DNA of 64,000 nucleotides, taken from contig CAWEMM010000009.1 of NCBI GenBank assembly GCA_963810095.1, positions 128,001-192,000 on the forward strand. The letters are read 5' to 3'. Shown here in pieces: positions 63,609 through 64,000 of the stretch. This DNA is from an uncultured Chloroflexia bacterium (GTDB lineage Bacteria > Chloroflexota > Anaerolineae > CG2-30-64-16). Both the position numbers and the translations under genes were made by a program. The notes beneath the pieces were generated by a model. It saw nothing but the letters and a program-made list of their open reading frames with translations. It was not told the origin of the DNA and made no database searches. Numbering within the stretch: the first letter of the stretch is position 1; every line of letters starts with the position of its first letter.

Positions 63609-64000
63609 TTAGTCTTCGTTCGGATTCCGCCCCCGGATCCAACGCCAGAGCAGGCGCAGCACGATCAGCCCGGCCGCGAGCGATGCGAAAACGTAGCTGA
63701 CCACTGCGATTCGCACGATGAGCGTCCAGAACGACCCTTCCATGCTGCCCACCGCGATACCGGCCGTCACGATAGCAGAGCCGATGACCAGGCCGACCAG
63801 CATCATGGCAATGACGGCGAGCCGGCCGAACCGGTTAAGGGTGACGACCTCTTTCGAGATGGCCGACGTGTCGACGTAGACTTCAAAACGTCCCTTCTTG
63901 TACTGCGTCAGCCAGCCCATCGTGGCTTCGCTCAGGCTGGGCAGGTTGCTGCTCACCTCTCGGGCCACCATATTGAGGGCCTGCTTGGCCACCTTGTTGA
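63609..64000 (-). CDS. C-terminal part of a membrane protein, probably an AarF/UbiB (ABC1) kinase
   Basis: Helix, then GRFEVYV, then two TM helices, which is typical of UbiB C-termini; truncated by the window edge. Confidence 0.55.
   Translation of the reverse strand, partial: NKVAKQALNMVAREVSSNLPSLSEATMGWLTQYKKGRFEVYVDTSAISKEVVTLNRFGRLAVIAMMLVGLVIGSAIVTAGIAVGSMEGSFWTLIVRIAVVSYVFASLAAGLIVLRLLWRWIRGRNPNED

Overview
GC-rich bacterial DNA whose gene content resembles Chloroflexota/Anaerolineae (inference). Many otherwise intact genes carry single-base frameshifts, most likely long-read indel errors. Gene products were recognised from motifs by eye, not from database searches. In order: (1) a sugar-catabolic and ABC region (1-8.1 kb); (2) a CarD / Ddl-like ATP-grasp / C39-like peptidase operon with a small secreted ORF downstream; (3) a complete IS5/IS1182-like element with 16-bp TIRs and a 9-bp TSD; (4) a ~30-kb island (13.7-43.3 kb) with argF, ppk2, a P-type ATPase, META lipoproteins, paralogous DUF1269/DUF6325/HdeD/DUF4203/AI-2E membrane genes, a MalT-like regulator and a NarL-type two-component system; (5) housekeeping and stress genes, an ECF42-YciI-beta-propeller-MoaD operon, a fasciclin protein and a GH13 alpha-glucosidase. 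The strongest unexplained signal is a 28-bp motif, TACACCC-N4-TACACCC-TTTT-GGGTCT. It occurs six times in the island, always co-oriented with the downstream gene and exactly 22 nt upstream of a -10 hexamer, which suggests an uncharacterised regulon. A second shared promoter motif suggests a regulatory cascade. A ~108-bp MITE with TTA-type flanks (4 copies) and two other dispersed repeat families are present. No rRNA, tRNA or CRISPR array was seen.
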